Position numbers and translations under genes: made by a program
Notes under the pieces: model-generated
The model's database searches: none
Told to the model about the DNA's origin: nothing
The model's input: the letters and a program-made list of their open reading frames with translations, nothing else
Shown: piece by piece, positions 29,373-38,947 of the stretch
How positions within the stretch are numbered: the first letter of the stretch is position 1
Layout: each line of letters begins with the position of its first letter
Source: a virus
Taxonomy: Duplodnaviria; Heunggongvirae; Uroviricota; Caudoviricetes
Length of the DNA: 64,000 nt
Virus record (IMG/VR): IMGVR_UViG_3300026549_001031
Reading direction: 5' to 3' (one strand)

Positions 29373-30053
29373 ATGGCAAAGAATTATATGATCATTGGAA
29401 TTAGTTACGATTGGATAAGAAAGGTATATACCTGGCGTACAGACTATATGACAAGAAAAATGTTTATACATAGGATTGCAATTAACTCAACTTATGCTAA
29501 AGATGATTCAATACTCGCTAAAAGATTGTCAGGCTTTAGTACTGTAGAGTTAGACATGATTCTGAACAAGGCTATTGAGTATGACTACCATAAATCAGGT
29601 TATATACTCGTGACTAAAATAAAAGATATCATTAGCGAAGTTGACATTAACAGTATGGTGACAGAGATAGAGTCTGAAAGACTTAGGATTTTAGAGCATA
29701 AGGCAAGAGTAAAAGCTAAAATTGCAGCAGAACAAAGATCACAGCAAAGTGAGTTTAGGAGAGGACCTGTGGCATACGCAAGTCATACAAAGTATAGTAA
29801 ATACTTTAGAAACCCTAGACTTGGCAGAGTAAAGAGGCAGGGTTCAATTGTGGAATACAAGGAGTTTATGACACCTGACATGAGTTATAAAAACTTACCT
29901 TGCTTTGATGATAGAAAGAGACATTACGATAAAAGTTGGAAATCATCTTATAAAGTAAAGAAGCAATGGATGAAACATCAGGACAGACATATAGATACTT
30001 ATGACAGTTCAGTAAAAAGAGTTGATTTATTTAAGGATTTGGAGGCAAGTTGA
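29373..30053 (+). CDS. hypothetical basic protein
   Basis: AGGAGG RBS; KSWK...KKQW C-terminal motif. Confidence 0.65.
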   Translation: MAKNYMIIGISYDWIRKVYTWRTDYMTRKMFIHRIAINSTYAKDDSILAKRLSGFSTVELDMILNKAIEYDYHKSGYILVTKIKDIISEVDINSMVTEIESERLRILEHKARVKAKIAAEQRSQQSEFRRGPVAYASHTKYSKYFRNPRLGRVKRQGSIVEYKEFMTPDMSYKNLPCFDDRKRHYDKSWKSSYKVKKQWMKHQDRHIDTYDSSVKRVDLFKDLEAS

Positions 30054-30589
30054 TTATGTTAAAGATCATACTTGGTAGTGATTATGCAGAGGAAAAATTA
30101 GGAATACACGTAATGTATGGCATTGAGAGTGTATTTAAGGCATCTAAAAAGAAAGAATGGTTCAGAGATGACTTCGTTAAGAAAATAATTTCAGACATTG
30201 ATAATGCAGATGTCATACTTGACTTTTCCATATACAGTAGAATGTATGAGACTGGGTACAGTGTAGATAGTTTATCTGCAGGTGCAATGTCACTTATTAT
30301 GGCATATGAGAAACCTGAACTTAACATAGTACTTAGAATGGGAGACAATTGTACTGACTTATTAGAGCAAATAGTAAGTAAGTATGACAAGCAGGGAAAA
30401 GACATTACAATTATATGTAATTACATGCATATGTTTAACTTCAAATACATTGATAAAATAGAGTATGTAAATTGGGGAATCACCTGTAAATCTAGAGCAG
30501 ACATTGTTAATAAGGTGATGGACAAATGGTATAAGCAGGAGAATCCAGATTGGGATCAAAAGAAAAGAGAGGATAGCAGTAATGATTGA
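30050..30589 (+). CDS. DUF4869-like protein
   Basis: EWFRDDFVKKIISDID, LSAGAMSLI, MGDNCTD. Confidence 0.7.
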   Translation: MIMLKIILGSDYAEEKLGIHVMYGIESVFKASKKKEWFRDDFVKKIISDIDNADVILDFSIYSRMYETGYSVDSLSAGAMSLIMAYEKPELNIVLRMGDNCTDLLEQIVSKYDKQGKDITIICNYMHMFNFKYIDKIEYVNWGITCKSRADIVNKVMDKWYKQENPDWDQKKREDSSND

Positions 30590-31664
30590 GTTAGAGTTAA
30601 ATAAGATAATTGGAGACATTACAGCATCTTTTAAGACAGAGTTAAAATATAGAATAAACATTGTTACAGGTGAGTCAGCATCTGGTAAATCTTTTCTTGT
30701 GCAGGGATTCAGAGAAGCAATAAACCTTACTGGAACTTGGGAGTACAGCTGTAATAAAGAGGTTGTACTTATACAGGATGTAAGTGCACTTCAGGTAATG
30801 TTGCAGAGCAAAAAGGATTGTTTGTTTATCATTGATGAGGATACACTTGACACAGTGAGATCAAATAGAGTATCAGTATCAATGAGGGATATCATTAAAT
30901 CACATAATTACTTCTTATTGTTTGATAGACAGTCATCAATTAAAATAGAGTGTGACGTAAAGGCAGTTTATGCATTGACTAGCAATAAGGAGAATGAGCA
31001 TGTAACATACAGCTTGGATCCTTATTTTAAGTTAGGGGACACAGGAGATATTGATGTTAGCAAGTATAAATATTTGATAACAGAGGATTCAATGTCAGGA
31101 AAGACATTCTTTAAGAAGTTGTTGCATAAACTTGAGGTTGTAGACTTAAATGGAGATGGTAGTGGAGCATTAGCAAAGACAATTACACCTGAATTATTAA
31201 AGGATGGTGTAGTGATTGCATTAGATTATGATTGTGGAGCAGTTGCTTTACAGAGTATACTTCATAAATGTAAGGAAAATGGTTGGTCAGGTACAGCAGG
31301 GTTAATACCTATGGAATGCTTTGAAGAAATTGTTTGTAACTCAGATTTCATATTGGATGCATTTCCTGAAATGAGAGATAAGGTAATAAATTATGAGAAG
31401 TACTTATCAGCTGATGATAAACATACAGGTAAATATTTTGCAAGGCTTCTAAAAGAATATGTAAAGCAGAGACCTCCTGTAGAGACACATAGTGATAGGA
31501 ATGTGGAGAAATTTTATTCTAAAGGAGCAGGTCATATTGAGAATTGTTTAACAGAAGATTGTTGTAAATACAATAAAGAAGATGAGTGTAGACTCTATGT
31601 AAATGGAGATAAGCAGGATAAGATGTTAAGTAATAAATTTGATTGGTTAAATGCCTTCAGATAA
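30582..31664 (+). CDS. P-loop ATPase with C-terminal TOPRIM-like region (DUF4869 partner)
   Basis: GESASGKS Walker A, FIIDED Walker B, ITEDSMSG. Confidence 0.65.
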   Translation: MIELELNKIIGDITASFKTELKYRINIVTGESASGKSFLVQGFREAINLTGTWEYSCNKEVVLIQDVSALQVMLQSKKDCLFIIDEDTLDTVRSNRVSVSMRDIIKSHNYFLLFDRQSSIKIECDVKAVYALTSNKENEHVTYSLDPYFKLGDTGDIDVSKYKYLITEDSMSGKTFFKKLLHKLEVVDLNGDGSGALAKTITPELLKDGVVIALDYDCGAVALQSILHKCKENGWSGTAGLIPMECFEEIVCNSDFILDAFPEMRDKVINYEKYLSADDKHTGKYFARLLKEYVKQRPPVETHSDRNVEKFYSKGAGHIENCLTEDCCKYNKEDECRLYVNGDKQDKMLSNKFDWLNAFR

Positions 31665-31687
31665 ATAAAAGGAAAGAGAGAAAAATA

Positions 31688-32188
31688 ATGATTGACTTAA
31701 AGAAAGCAAAGGTTGTACTTTTTGATTTTGATGACACATTGTGTTTGCACCCACAGCATAGAAAAGATACACAGGTAGAACATGAGAAGTTCATGAGTGA
31801 TAATGTGTTTACTTCTGGGGATTTTACAGAAACATGGGATGATACAAAGATAAGCACTACAATGGACAGGTTCATGCATAAATGTAATGAGTTAGGACTT
31901 GAACTTGGTTTAGTTTCAAGCGTTGAAAATTATAGGGTAGCAAAGAATAAGGTGAGATGGGTCAAGGCAGTTTATGGCTTGAAGCTTAGAAATTATTGTA
32001 CATCAGCTTCAGATGGTGGAACTGCAAAGGTTAATATGATGCAGGCTATTGCAGATAGCAAAGGTTTAGCAAATGAACAGATCTTAATCATTGATGATTG
32101 GTGGGTTGTCCTGGAGGCAGCAGCTAACAGAGGATTCCAGGCAGCTAGTCCAATGGAGTGCATTGCATATATTGAGGAACATGAATAA
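31688..32188 (+). CDS. HAD-family hydrolase
   Basis: LFDFDDTL, K, LIIDD motifs. Confidence 0.8.
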   Translation: MIDLKKAKVVLFDFDDTLCLHPQHRKDTQVEHEKFMSDNVFTSGDFTETWDDTKISTTMDRFMHKCNELGLELGLVSSVENYRVAKNKVRWVKAVYGLKLRNYCTSASDGGTAKVNMMQAIADSKGLANEQILIIDDWWVVLEAAANRGFQAASPMECIAYIEEHE

Positions 32189-32620
32189 AAGAGAGGGCAT
32201 AAAAATGAGAAAGGATACACTTGTAAGAAATTCATATTGGCATGGTTATTACTGGTATAACAATACTGGTTATTTGTCGTGCAATTAAATATGAAAGTTT
32301 AGCAAGTGAATTATCTTTGTGTACATATAATAAAGCACCTAAGGCATGGAATAATTGACTTAGGTGCTTTTAGTATGTATAAAAACATAGAATGGAAGTG
32401 ATGCATATGGATAGTGACTATGACTATTGGTGGCAAAAGAGAGACATGAATAATAAAGAGTTTAGCAAGTACTTTGAGAAGTAACTGTAAAGTCCTTGGA
32501 GATACTTTACTTAAAAATAGGGTATGCATTGTAAAATTTTTCAATAAAAATTATAAAAAGGTGTTGACAAATTGGTTTAGATGGTGTAATATGTATTTAG
32601 AGTTAAGGGAAAGAAAATAT

Positions 32621-32704
32621 TGGTAGGTATGCAAATGGCTGAAGCAAGCGGTCTGTAAAACCGTGACGTAAGATACAGTGTGGGTTCAAATCCCACCCTA
32701 CCAA
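32621..32704 (+). tRNA. tRNA-Tyr(GUA)
   Basis: TGGTAGG/CCTACCA acceptor, gcggt-CTGTAAA-accgt, long variable arm. Confidence 0.92.
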
Positions 32705-32718
32705 CTTTATAAAAATTT

Positions 32719-32807
32719 GCGTCGGTGAGCAGAATTGGCATCGCAGCGGTATGTAAAATCATGGTTGGGGAGACCTGACATTTCTGGTTCAAGTTCAGAG
32801 CGGCGCA
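32719..32807 (+). tRNA. degenerate class II tRNA (GUA-containing loop), possible pseudo-tRNA-Tyr
   Basis: cloverleaf with mismatched anticodon and acceptor stems, ATGTAAA loop, long variable hairpin, TCTGG-TTCAAGT-TCAGA T arm. Confidence 0.55.
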
Positions 32808-32815
32808 CTTAATAA

Positions 32816-32886
32816 AGGTCTTTGGTGTAGTGGTAACATGTCGTTCTCCAAAAACGAAGTCATCAGTTCAACTCTGATAGGGCCTG
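32816..32886 (+). tRNA. tRNA-Trp(CCA)
   Basis: AGGTCTT/AGGGCCT acceptor, tcgtt-CTCCAAA-aacga. Confidence 0.92.
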
Positions 32887-32928
32887 TTCTAAATATTAGA
32901 TTACAAATAAATTTAAGGAGTAGGACAT

Positions 32929-33198
32929 ATGAAACAGAATGTAATCATAGGAAAACATGTTTGTGAACCTTGGTTAATGTTTGCAAATGATAAAAATGAC
33001 TGGAAAGACAATGAGGAAAGGAATACACTCATCACAGAAGAAAGGTTTCTACCTAGGATTTTGGTAGAGTGTGGGGTAGTTAAGAGCATTAACGAAGTAA
33101 AGCGTAACAAGCCTGACTTTGTTAAGACATTGGATGGTGTAGACTTCATTGAGGTTAAGTGGGGTAAAAAGAGGGTGTTCATTCAGGTTGGAGAATAA
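32929..33198 (+). CDS. stand-alone S4-like domain protein resembling the TyrRS C-terminal domain
   Basis: LPRILVECGVVKSINEVKR...IEVKWGKKR pattern; AGGAG RBS. Confidence 0.5.
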   Translation: MKQNVIIGKHVCEPWLMFANDKNDWKDNEERNTLITEERFLPRILVECGVVKSINEVKRNKPDFVKTLDGVDFIEVKWGKKRVFIQVGE

Positions 33199-33304
33199 TC
33201 ATTAAGAGAATTACTAATTACAGTAATTCTCTTTTTTATTGTTGACAAGGCAGGTTTAGTTTGATATAATATGTATATAAGTAAAGAAAGAGAGGAAACA
33301 TGGC

Positions 33305-33544
33305 ATGGTAAAAGCTTCAGAGATACATACTTTTGGAAAAGAAAGCATTGGACATGTGCAAGAATATGGAGAATCATTCATTGTTGTGAGAGACAGTGAC
33401 AAAGAGGTTCTTGCAATGTCACAAGGATGGTGTAACTTTAATGGGTTACCTGTATACACTAAGCAGTTGGATAATGGACTTAAGGTGTTAGAGGTAGATA
33501 CACCTAATGGAAAGGGCGAGATCATTTATTATTTCCATGAATAG
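33305..33544 (+). CDS. hypothetical protein
   Basis: own TTGACA-17-TATAAT promoter (33242-33270), RBS and downstream terminator. Confidence 0.7.
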   Translation: MVKASEIHTFGKESIGHVQEYGESFIVVRDSDKEVLAMSQGWCNFNGLPVYTKQLDNGLKVLEVDTPNGKGEIIYYFHE

Positions 33545-33818
33545 CATAGAGTATGTGGTAGGCACTGACTAGTTTAGGCTAGTTGGTGCCTATTTTAATG
33601 CTCATATATGCTCAACTCTAAGCATTATGTGCAATTAGAATTATAAATTTTAATTAAAATAGTTTGGAGCTACCTAACTATTCATCTAACATTAGACAAG
33701 AGTTAGTCAAGATGGCGAAAAATGATGCAGACAGTAGTATTATAAAATAAGAGCAGTGGAATTGACAAATAGTATGAAATGTGTTATAATAAAAGAGAAG
33801 TAAGAAAGAAAGGAGATC

Positions 33819-33950
33819 TTGGATAAAATGAATCAGACACTTAGATTTTTTGATGAACATGATTTTATTATTGCCGAGGCGCATGATGAGCGTGTCGACT
33901 TATTTTCATGTAATCAAATAAAGAAATCTAAGCATAGTGGTTTATTTTAG
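33819..33950 (+). CDS. small hypothetical peptide (~43 aa)
   Basis: TTGACA-17-TATAAT at 33762-33790, AAGGAG RBS, terminator at ~33983-34021. Confidence 0.45.
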   Translation: MDKMNQTLRFFDEHDFIIAEAHDERVDLFSCNQIKKSKHSGLF

Positions 33951-34051
33951 GACAAGTTCTTTATAATTTAATGCACGTGGTAAAGCACCAGAGGCTTAGA
34001 AATAAGTTTCTGGTGTTTTTTATTTGCATTAAAAGTCAGGAGGAAAATGGT

Positions 34052-34198
34052 ATGGAACATGAAATTAAAAGTGATGAACATGACATTGAAAGTGATGATC
34101 ATGATGCGGATGATTTTGAACATCACTTTATAAGAAAATGGCACATTGATAACGTAAAAGTACATTCAAAAGGTATGCAAGCATGTAAGTTGGTTTAG
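34052..34198 (+). CDS. small His/Asp-rich peptide (48 aa)
   Basis: AGGAGG 8 nt before ATG 34052; MEHEIKSDEHDIESDDHD repeats. Confidence 0.4.
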   Translation: MEHEIKSDEHDIESDDHDADDFEHHFIRKWHIDNVKVHSKGMQACKLV

Positions 34199-34355
34199 CA
34201 TATAAGGTCCCTAGGTGGACTATAACCTTTTTTAGGTTAAGCATTGAAAAATTTATTTGAACTTTTTATATAAAAAGTGTTGACAAAGAATAAGAGGTAT
34301 GATATAGTATAGTTGTGGTTGAGAGATATATAAAATAAATAAGGAGGTCAGTGTT

Positions 34356-34547
34356 ATGGGATATTATGACGATGATGACTTTTACAGCTACAGTGATAGG
34401 ATGGCTCGTAGGAGAGAAAGAACTGCTCAGGAATTAAGAGCATCTGGACTTCGTGATAATGGATATGGCACTTGGGAAGATCCTGATAAACCATGGAGAA
34501 CATCTTGGCATATAAACCCTGATGGGAGTAAATTTGCTGACATGTAG
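34356..34547 (+). CDS. small hypothetical protein
   Basis: promoter TTGACA-17-TATAGT at 34280-34308, AGGAGG RBS. Confidence 0.7.
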   Translation: MGYYDDDDFYSYSDRMARRRERTAQELRASGLRDNGYGTWEDPDKPWRTSWHINPDGSKFADM

Positions 34548-34600
34548 GAAGTTAGGAGGTAGCCTTGAAATTGTTTGGCTACCTCCTGGATAAAAATTTA

Positions 34601-34673
34601 TGGGTTTTAGCTCAGCTGGGAGAGCACCTGCCTTGCAAGCAGGAGGTCAAGGGTTCAAGCCCCTTAAGCTCCA
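34601..34673 (+). tRNA. tRNA-Ala(UGC)
   Basis: cctgc-CTTGCAA-gcagg, G3-U70 retained, 1:72 mismatch. Confidence 0.9.
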
Positions 34674-34686
34674 CTTAAAATAATTT

Positions 34687-34758
34687 GGTCTTATAGTATA
34701 AAGGTTAGTACATCTGACCGTCTATCAGAAAATGAGGGTTCGATTCCCTCTAAGATCG
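34687..34758 (+). tRNA. tRNA-Asp(GUC), atypical loop
   Basis: GGTCTTA/TAAGATC, tctga-CCGTCTA-tcaga, G73. Confidence 0.8.
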
Positions 34759-34782
34759 CTATGGAACATATAATTTAGTTAT

Positions 34783-34855
34783 GGCGCAAGTAGCTTAAAG
34801 GTAGAGCAGTGGATTGTGGATCCACCATATGTGAGTTCAAATCTCACCCTGTGCC
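34783..34855 (+). tRNA. tRNA-His(GUG)
   Basis: G-1:C73, gtgga-TTGTGGA-tccac. Confidence 0.9.
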
Positions 34856-34870
34856 CTTATACAAATACAT

Positions 34871-34942
34871 CGGTGATTACTCGAGCGGATCAGAGGCAGG
34901 CCTTTCAAGCCTGTTAGATGGGGTCAGCACCCATATCATCGA
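34871..34942 (+). tRNA. tRNA-Glu(UUC)
   Basis: CGGTGAT/ATCATCG, caggc-CTTTCAA-gcctg, atypical GTCAGCA T loop. Confidence 0.85.
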
Positions 34943-34988
34943 CTATGATAAACACTTGGGTTTAAGGGTTTGTCATTAAATTAAATAT

Positions 34989-35060
34989 GGGGCATTAGTC
35001 TAATGGCTACGATGAGTGATTCTCAGTCACTAGATGTAGGTTCGATTCCTACATGCCCTA
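34989..35060 (+). tRNA. tRNA-Glu(CUC)
   Basis: GGGGCAT/ATGCCCT, agtga-TTCTCAG-tcact. Confidence 0.85.
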
Positions 35061-35125
35061 CTAGAAACATATGAAAGGAGAGTGGTTGTAATGTTTAGTG
35101 AATTTGACAACAGTGGATTTACTTA

Positions 35126-35197
35126 GGGTTGCTAGCTGAGATGGATTAGCGACAGACTGAAAATCTGTAGAGAGTGGTTCAATACCACTGCAGCCCA
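35126..35197 (+). tRNA. tRNA-Phe(GAA)
   Basis: GGGTTGC/GCAGCCC, acaga-CTGAAAA-tctgt. Confidence 0.92.
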
Positions 35198-35210
35198 CTA
35201 AAATGAATAT

Positions 35211-35282
35211 TGATGCTTAGCTCAGTGGTAGAGTAGTCGTCTGATACGCGATTGGTCATTGGTTCAAATCCAATAGCATCAA
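35211..35282 (+). tRNA. tRNA-Ile(GAU)
   Basis: TGATGCT/AGCATCA, gtcgt-CTGATAC-gcgat. Confidence 0.9.
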
Positions 35283-35326
35283 CTTAATAAACCATAGCAT
35301 TGTTAAAAATGTTGTGGTTTATTTTA

Positions 35327-35355
35327 TTGATTTCTTCAATAAAATGTGATATAAT
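35327..35355 (+). promoter_or_regulatory. sigma-A promoter, copy 1 of shared 29-bp promoter
   Basis: ttgatttcttcaataaaatgtgatataat. Confidence 0.75.
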
Positions 35356-35376
35356 AAATTACAGGAGGTATGGGAA

Positions 35377-35742
35377 ATGGGTGCATTAAGTCAGAAAGCG
35401 AATAACATTAAATATACACTGAATCATAGAAAAGCGTTTAGAGGACTTGAAAGAAGACTGCTAGGACATAACACTTTTCGTTCTCTATTCCATGATTTAG
35501 ATAAAGTATTCTTGTATATGATATTTGATCATGACAAAGTGCATAATATGCATGTCAAACACGCTCATCACCATGAGTTAAAAGCAAAGACACATGGAGA
35601 TTATGTTCAGATGGTCATTGATTGGGAATGTGCACGTTTCACTAAACCTGATAAACCATTAAATGCAAGACAGACACTTGATAAATACTATCCTCATTTG
35701 AAAGATAAGGTATTACCTGTAATTGAGGAACTTGGATTATAA
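35377..35742 (+). CDS. small HD-superfamily phosphohydrolase-like protein
   Basis: H...HDLDK...HHH...MVIDWEC. Confidence 0.7.
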   Translation: MGALSQKANNIKYTLNHRKAFRGLERRLLGHNTFRSLFHDLDKVFLYMIFDHDKVHNMHVKHAHHHELKAKTHGDYVQMVIDWECARFTKPDKPLNARQTLDKYYPHLKDKVLPVIEELGL

Positions 35743-35764
35743 AGTTTATAAGGAGGACAAAGAG

Positions 35765-36013
35765 ATGAGTTTTCAAAAGAGATATTTAGTCATTGCTGAA
35801 CCTTTGGATGATCCTTTCAGTTATGCAGTGAACATCTATGATACAAAGAATAAAAATGAGAAAATGACTACTGGACAATTTGAGTTTGATTTGAACATGC
35901 AGCATGTGGATCATGGGCGTAATTTTTTGAATGGTAGTCTTACTACTTATGGGGATGCAATCAAAGCAAAGAGAGTATTCAATTTATTTACTAGGTATTC
36001 AGTAGACTTTTAA
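35765..36013 (+). CDS. hypothetical protein
   Basis: AGGAGG RBS, ATG 35765. Confidence 0.65.
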   Translation: MSFQKRYLVIAEPLDDPFSYAVNIYDTKNKNEKMTTGQFEFDLNMQHVDHGRNFLNGSLTTYGDAIKAKRVFNLFTRYSVDF

Positions 36014-36329
36014 AAGAAGGCGTTTACAGAACAGTTCAGACAATTAAGTTTTGGTATTAGATGCATAATCAGTATGACATAGGGTGAAAATTAGATATGC
36101 AGTGGGGTCAAAATTAGTATCAACAAGAATGAAATTAGATTGTGTGAAATGATAAATGAAAGGTCAATTAAAAAGATAAGAGATGCTATTGATAAAAGAG
36201 GCAATCAGCATTGAAAAATTGAATGAAAATGAGAGAAAAATCAGTGATGCAATGGGCTAAAAAGTGGTATACAGTGAGTGATGGGCATTGGTTTTTCAAA
36301 ATTAAAATTTTTATAAGGGAGCGAGAGCA

Positions 36330-36629
36330 TTGGATGAATTGAACATCTGGTTAGATGATGTAAGGGAGGCACCTGATGAAAGTTTTGTTACTTGTCATTC
36401 AGTGAATGAGGCAAAGAGAGTAATTGAACAAGCAGAGGAACTTGGGGAGCAGGTAATTGGTTTAATTGATATGGATCATGACCTTGGAGATTATGCATAT
36501 GATGGCGGAGATGGTATCTGTTTAATGGATTGGTTAGTTGAGAGAGGAACATTATATAACATAGCTTTTCATACAGCAAACCCTGTTGGAAGATCTAATA
36601 TGCAGCGAATGAAAGATAGGTTTTGGTAA
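36330..36629 (+). CDS. cyclic-phosphate processing receiver-domain protein (cREC-like)
   Basis: IWLDDVR, DMDHDLG, FHTANPVGRSNM. Confidence 0.8.
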   Translation: MDELNIWLDDVREAPDESFVTCHSVNEAKRVIEQAEELGEQVIGLIDMDHDLGDYAYDGGDGICLMDWLVERGTLYNIAFHTANPVGRSNMQRMKDRFW

Positions 36630-36743
36630 TGGGCATTTAGATAAAGAGATTGACATGAATATGGACAAGATTGACTAGATGTGCAACCTTATAATAATAT
36701 AATATAAATTATATTATTTTTAGTAAGGAGTTGAAAAGGAGAG

Positions 36744-37529
36744 ATGGGTACATATGTAGTTGGAGATGTACATGGATGTTTAAGCCAGTGGCTTGCATTC
36801 AAAGAGAAGATCGAAAAAACGGACAGGGATGCAAGATTTATTTTGGTAGGAGACATTGTTGATAGAGGAAAAGAAACATTTGAGATGATTGAATGGGCAA
36901 TTGAAAACATATCAGACAATGGGAAATATCAAATGGTTATTGGTAATCACGAGCATGAAAAAATTGAGTGGTGGGACATTATAGTGTCTAGGTGCATAGA
37001 GGAGCATGCATTAGATGTAAATTCAGACAACTCAGAAGATTTAGATAACATATATGAAATAAGATATGACTTCCTAAAACATTACAGAAACAGATGTTTA
37101 GGGTTAAAGACAATAAAGAGGCACATAGACTTCTTCAAAACACTTAAATACTATAAGGATTTGGAGATAGGCAGTAAGAGGTTTATTGTAGTACATGCAG
37201 GTTTAACTGATTCTGTCATTAAGGAAGATGGATCACTCAAGGATGTAGGAGAGATGAGCAAGAAAGAATTAGAGTACATACTTTGGGATAGATCCTTGGA
37301 GCCCTTTACAGGTTTAAGTGGTACTATGGTAGTGCATGGACATACACCTACAGTTAGTCATTGTGCTTTTACAGAGAGCACTAGATTTACAGATAGGAAA
37401 TTAGGTAAGATTGCATATTATGGTAATAGATGCAATGTGGATTGTGGTTTAGTATTTAAAAGTAATCATGAGTTCGCTAATTTAGGGGCTTTAAGGTTAG
37501 AAGATGGCAAAGAGTTTTATTTATTTTAG
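36744..37529 (+). CDS. PPP-type Ser/Thr phosphatase-like metallophosphoesterase
   Basis: GDVHG, GDIVDRG, GNHE, VHAG, HGHTP, VDCG. Confidence 0.9.
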   Translation: MGTYVVGDVHGCLSQWLAFKEKIEKTDRDARFILVGDIVDRGKETFEMIEWAIENISDNGKYQMVIGNHEHEKIEWWDIIVSRCIEEHALDVNSDNSEDLDNIYEIRYDFLKHYRNRCLGLKTIKRHIDFFKTLKYYKDLEIGSKRFIVVHAGLTDSVIKEDGSLKDVGEMSKKELEYILWDRSLEPFTGLSGTMVVHGHTPTVSHCAFTESTRFTDRKLGKIAYYGNRCNVDCGLVFKSNHEFANLGALRLEDGKEFYLF

Positions 37530-37559
37530 ACATTAAGAATGTCAGAAAGGCGTGTAATT

Positions 37560-37970
37560 ATGAGACAGGCAATCAGATCATTTTGGGGAAATTATTTTAA
37601 TTTCTCTGGTAGGGCAACAAGGGCAGAATATTGGTACTATGTTCTGTTATATGCAATCGTTGGTTTTGTGATTGGAATACCAGCAAGTTCAAGATTTTGG
37701 CTTGTGAAAATTCCATTTGGCATCATAGGATTTATCTGGGTGGTGGTAAGCTTCATTGGATTTTTAGCCTTGACAATCAGGAGATTGCATGACTCAAATA
37801 AGTCAGGTTGGTGGCTTTTGTTATGTATTGTGTTATCAGGGTTTGTAATTGGTGAGATCATCTTCATTGTGCTTATGGTACTTCCTAGTAATGATGGAGG
37901 CAACAGGTTTGGACCTGGAAACAATTATGCAAATGGATCAGGCATGAACAATAATGGGTATACTTACTAA
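37560..37970 (+). CDS. DUF805 family membrane protein
   Basis: YFNFSGRATRAEYW, IRRLHDSNKSGW, NRFGP. Confidence 0.9.
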   Translation: MRQAIRSFWGNYFNFSGRATRAEYWYYVLLYAIVGFVIGIPASSRFWLVKIPFGIIGFIWVVVSFIGFLALTIRRLHDSNKSGWWLLLCIVLSGFVIGEIIFIVLMVLPSNDGGNRFGPGNNYANGSGMNNNGYTY

Positions 37971-38038
37971 GTAAAATAGAATAGGCACCTGTCAAGAAAA
38001 AGATTGACAGGTGTCTAAAAATTATTTTGAAAAAGTTG

Positions 38039-38067
38039 TTGACAAAATAATTTCTTGGTATTATAAT
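38039..38067 (+). promoter_or_regulatory. sigma-A promoter of NAD-salvage operon
   Basis: TTGACA-17-TATAAT. Confidence 0.85.
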
Positions 38068-38092
38068 AATATGTATAAGGAGAGAGGAAATC

Positions 38093-38929
38093 ATGAGTAA
38101 GAGAAACAAAGATGGTTTAACTTTAGAGCAGTTCCTTGAGAGATACAAGCCCGGAGATTATGAGAGACCTAGTGTTACAGTAGATTCTGTAATACTTGGT
38201 GTAAAAGAGGACTACAGTACATTAAAAGTTCTGCTTATTCAAAGAGGGGATCACCCTTACATAGGAGATTGGGCACTACCTGGTGGGTTTATCAACATGG
38301 ATGAATCTGCTGAGGATGCAGCCAGTAGAGAACTCAAAGAAGAGACTGGACTTGAGGCAAATTACCTTGAACAGTTGTATACAATGAGTGAGCCTGGCAG
38401 AGATCCTCGAATGAGAGTAATTAGCATTGCATATATGGCTTTGACAAAGATTACAAGTGTTAAAGCAGGGGATGATGCAAGCAGAGCAGTATGGTGTGAC
38501 ATTAAACTTAATAAGGGCACTGAAAGTAATGAACTTGTCATTGAGAATCAGGACTGTGGCATTTGCATTAAGTATAATGTCAAGGGAAGTATTGAAGAGT
38601 ACATGAGAAATAAAAAGGCAAGTGAGGAAAAATTTGCAGTAAGGGCAGCTTCAGATATGAAACTTGCATTTGATCATGTGTTCATCATACTTATGGCACT
38701 TGAGAGGCTTAAGAATAAAGCTAAGTATACAAATGTAATGTTTAGTGTGGCAGAGAAGATGTTCACACTGCCTGATATTCAGGCATTGTACAGTTTAATG
38801 ATCAATGAAAAGGTTTATGATAAGTCATTCAGAGACAAGATTAAGCCTATGTTGGAGGATACAGGGTACAAGGCTAAATCAATTGTTGGCAATAAGGTAA
38901 GTAAGCTATACAGTTATAAAGAAATTTGA
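38093..38929 (+). CDS. nrtR: NrtR-family Nudix/wHTH protein
   Basis: YERPSVTVD, WALPGGF, AASRELKEETG Nudix box, RDPRMR, LAFDH, FTLPDIQ...FRDK wHTH. Confidence 0.85.
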   Translation: MSKRNKDGLTLEQFLERYKPGDYERPSVTVDSVILGVKEDYSTLKVLLIQRGDHPYIGDWALPGGFINMDESAEDAASRELKEETGLEANYLEQLYTMSEPGRDPRMRVISIAYMALTKITSVKAGDDASRAVWCDIKLNKGTESNELVIENQDCGICIKYNVKGSIEEYMRNKKASEEKFAVRAASDMKLAFDHVFIILMALERLKNKAKYTNVMFSVAEKMFTLPDIQALYSLMINEKVYDKSFRDKIKPMLEDTGYKAKSIVGNKVSKLYSYKEI

Positions 38930-38947
38930 TCATAGGAGGATAAAAAG

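Noticed and set aside
38020-38092. NrtR operator upstream of nrtR
   Set aside because: No clear GT-N7-AC palindrome found by eye.
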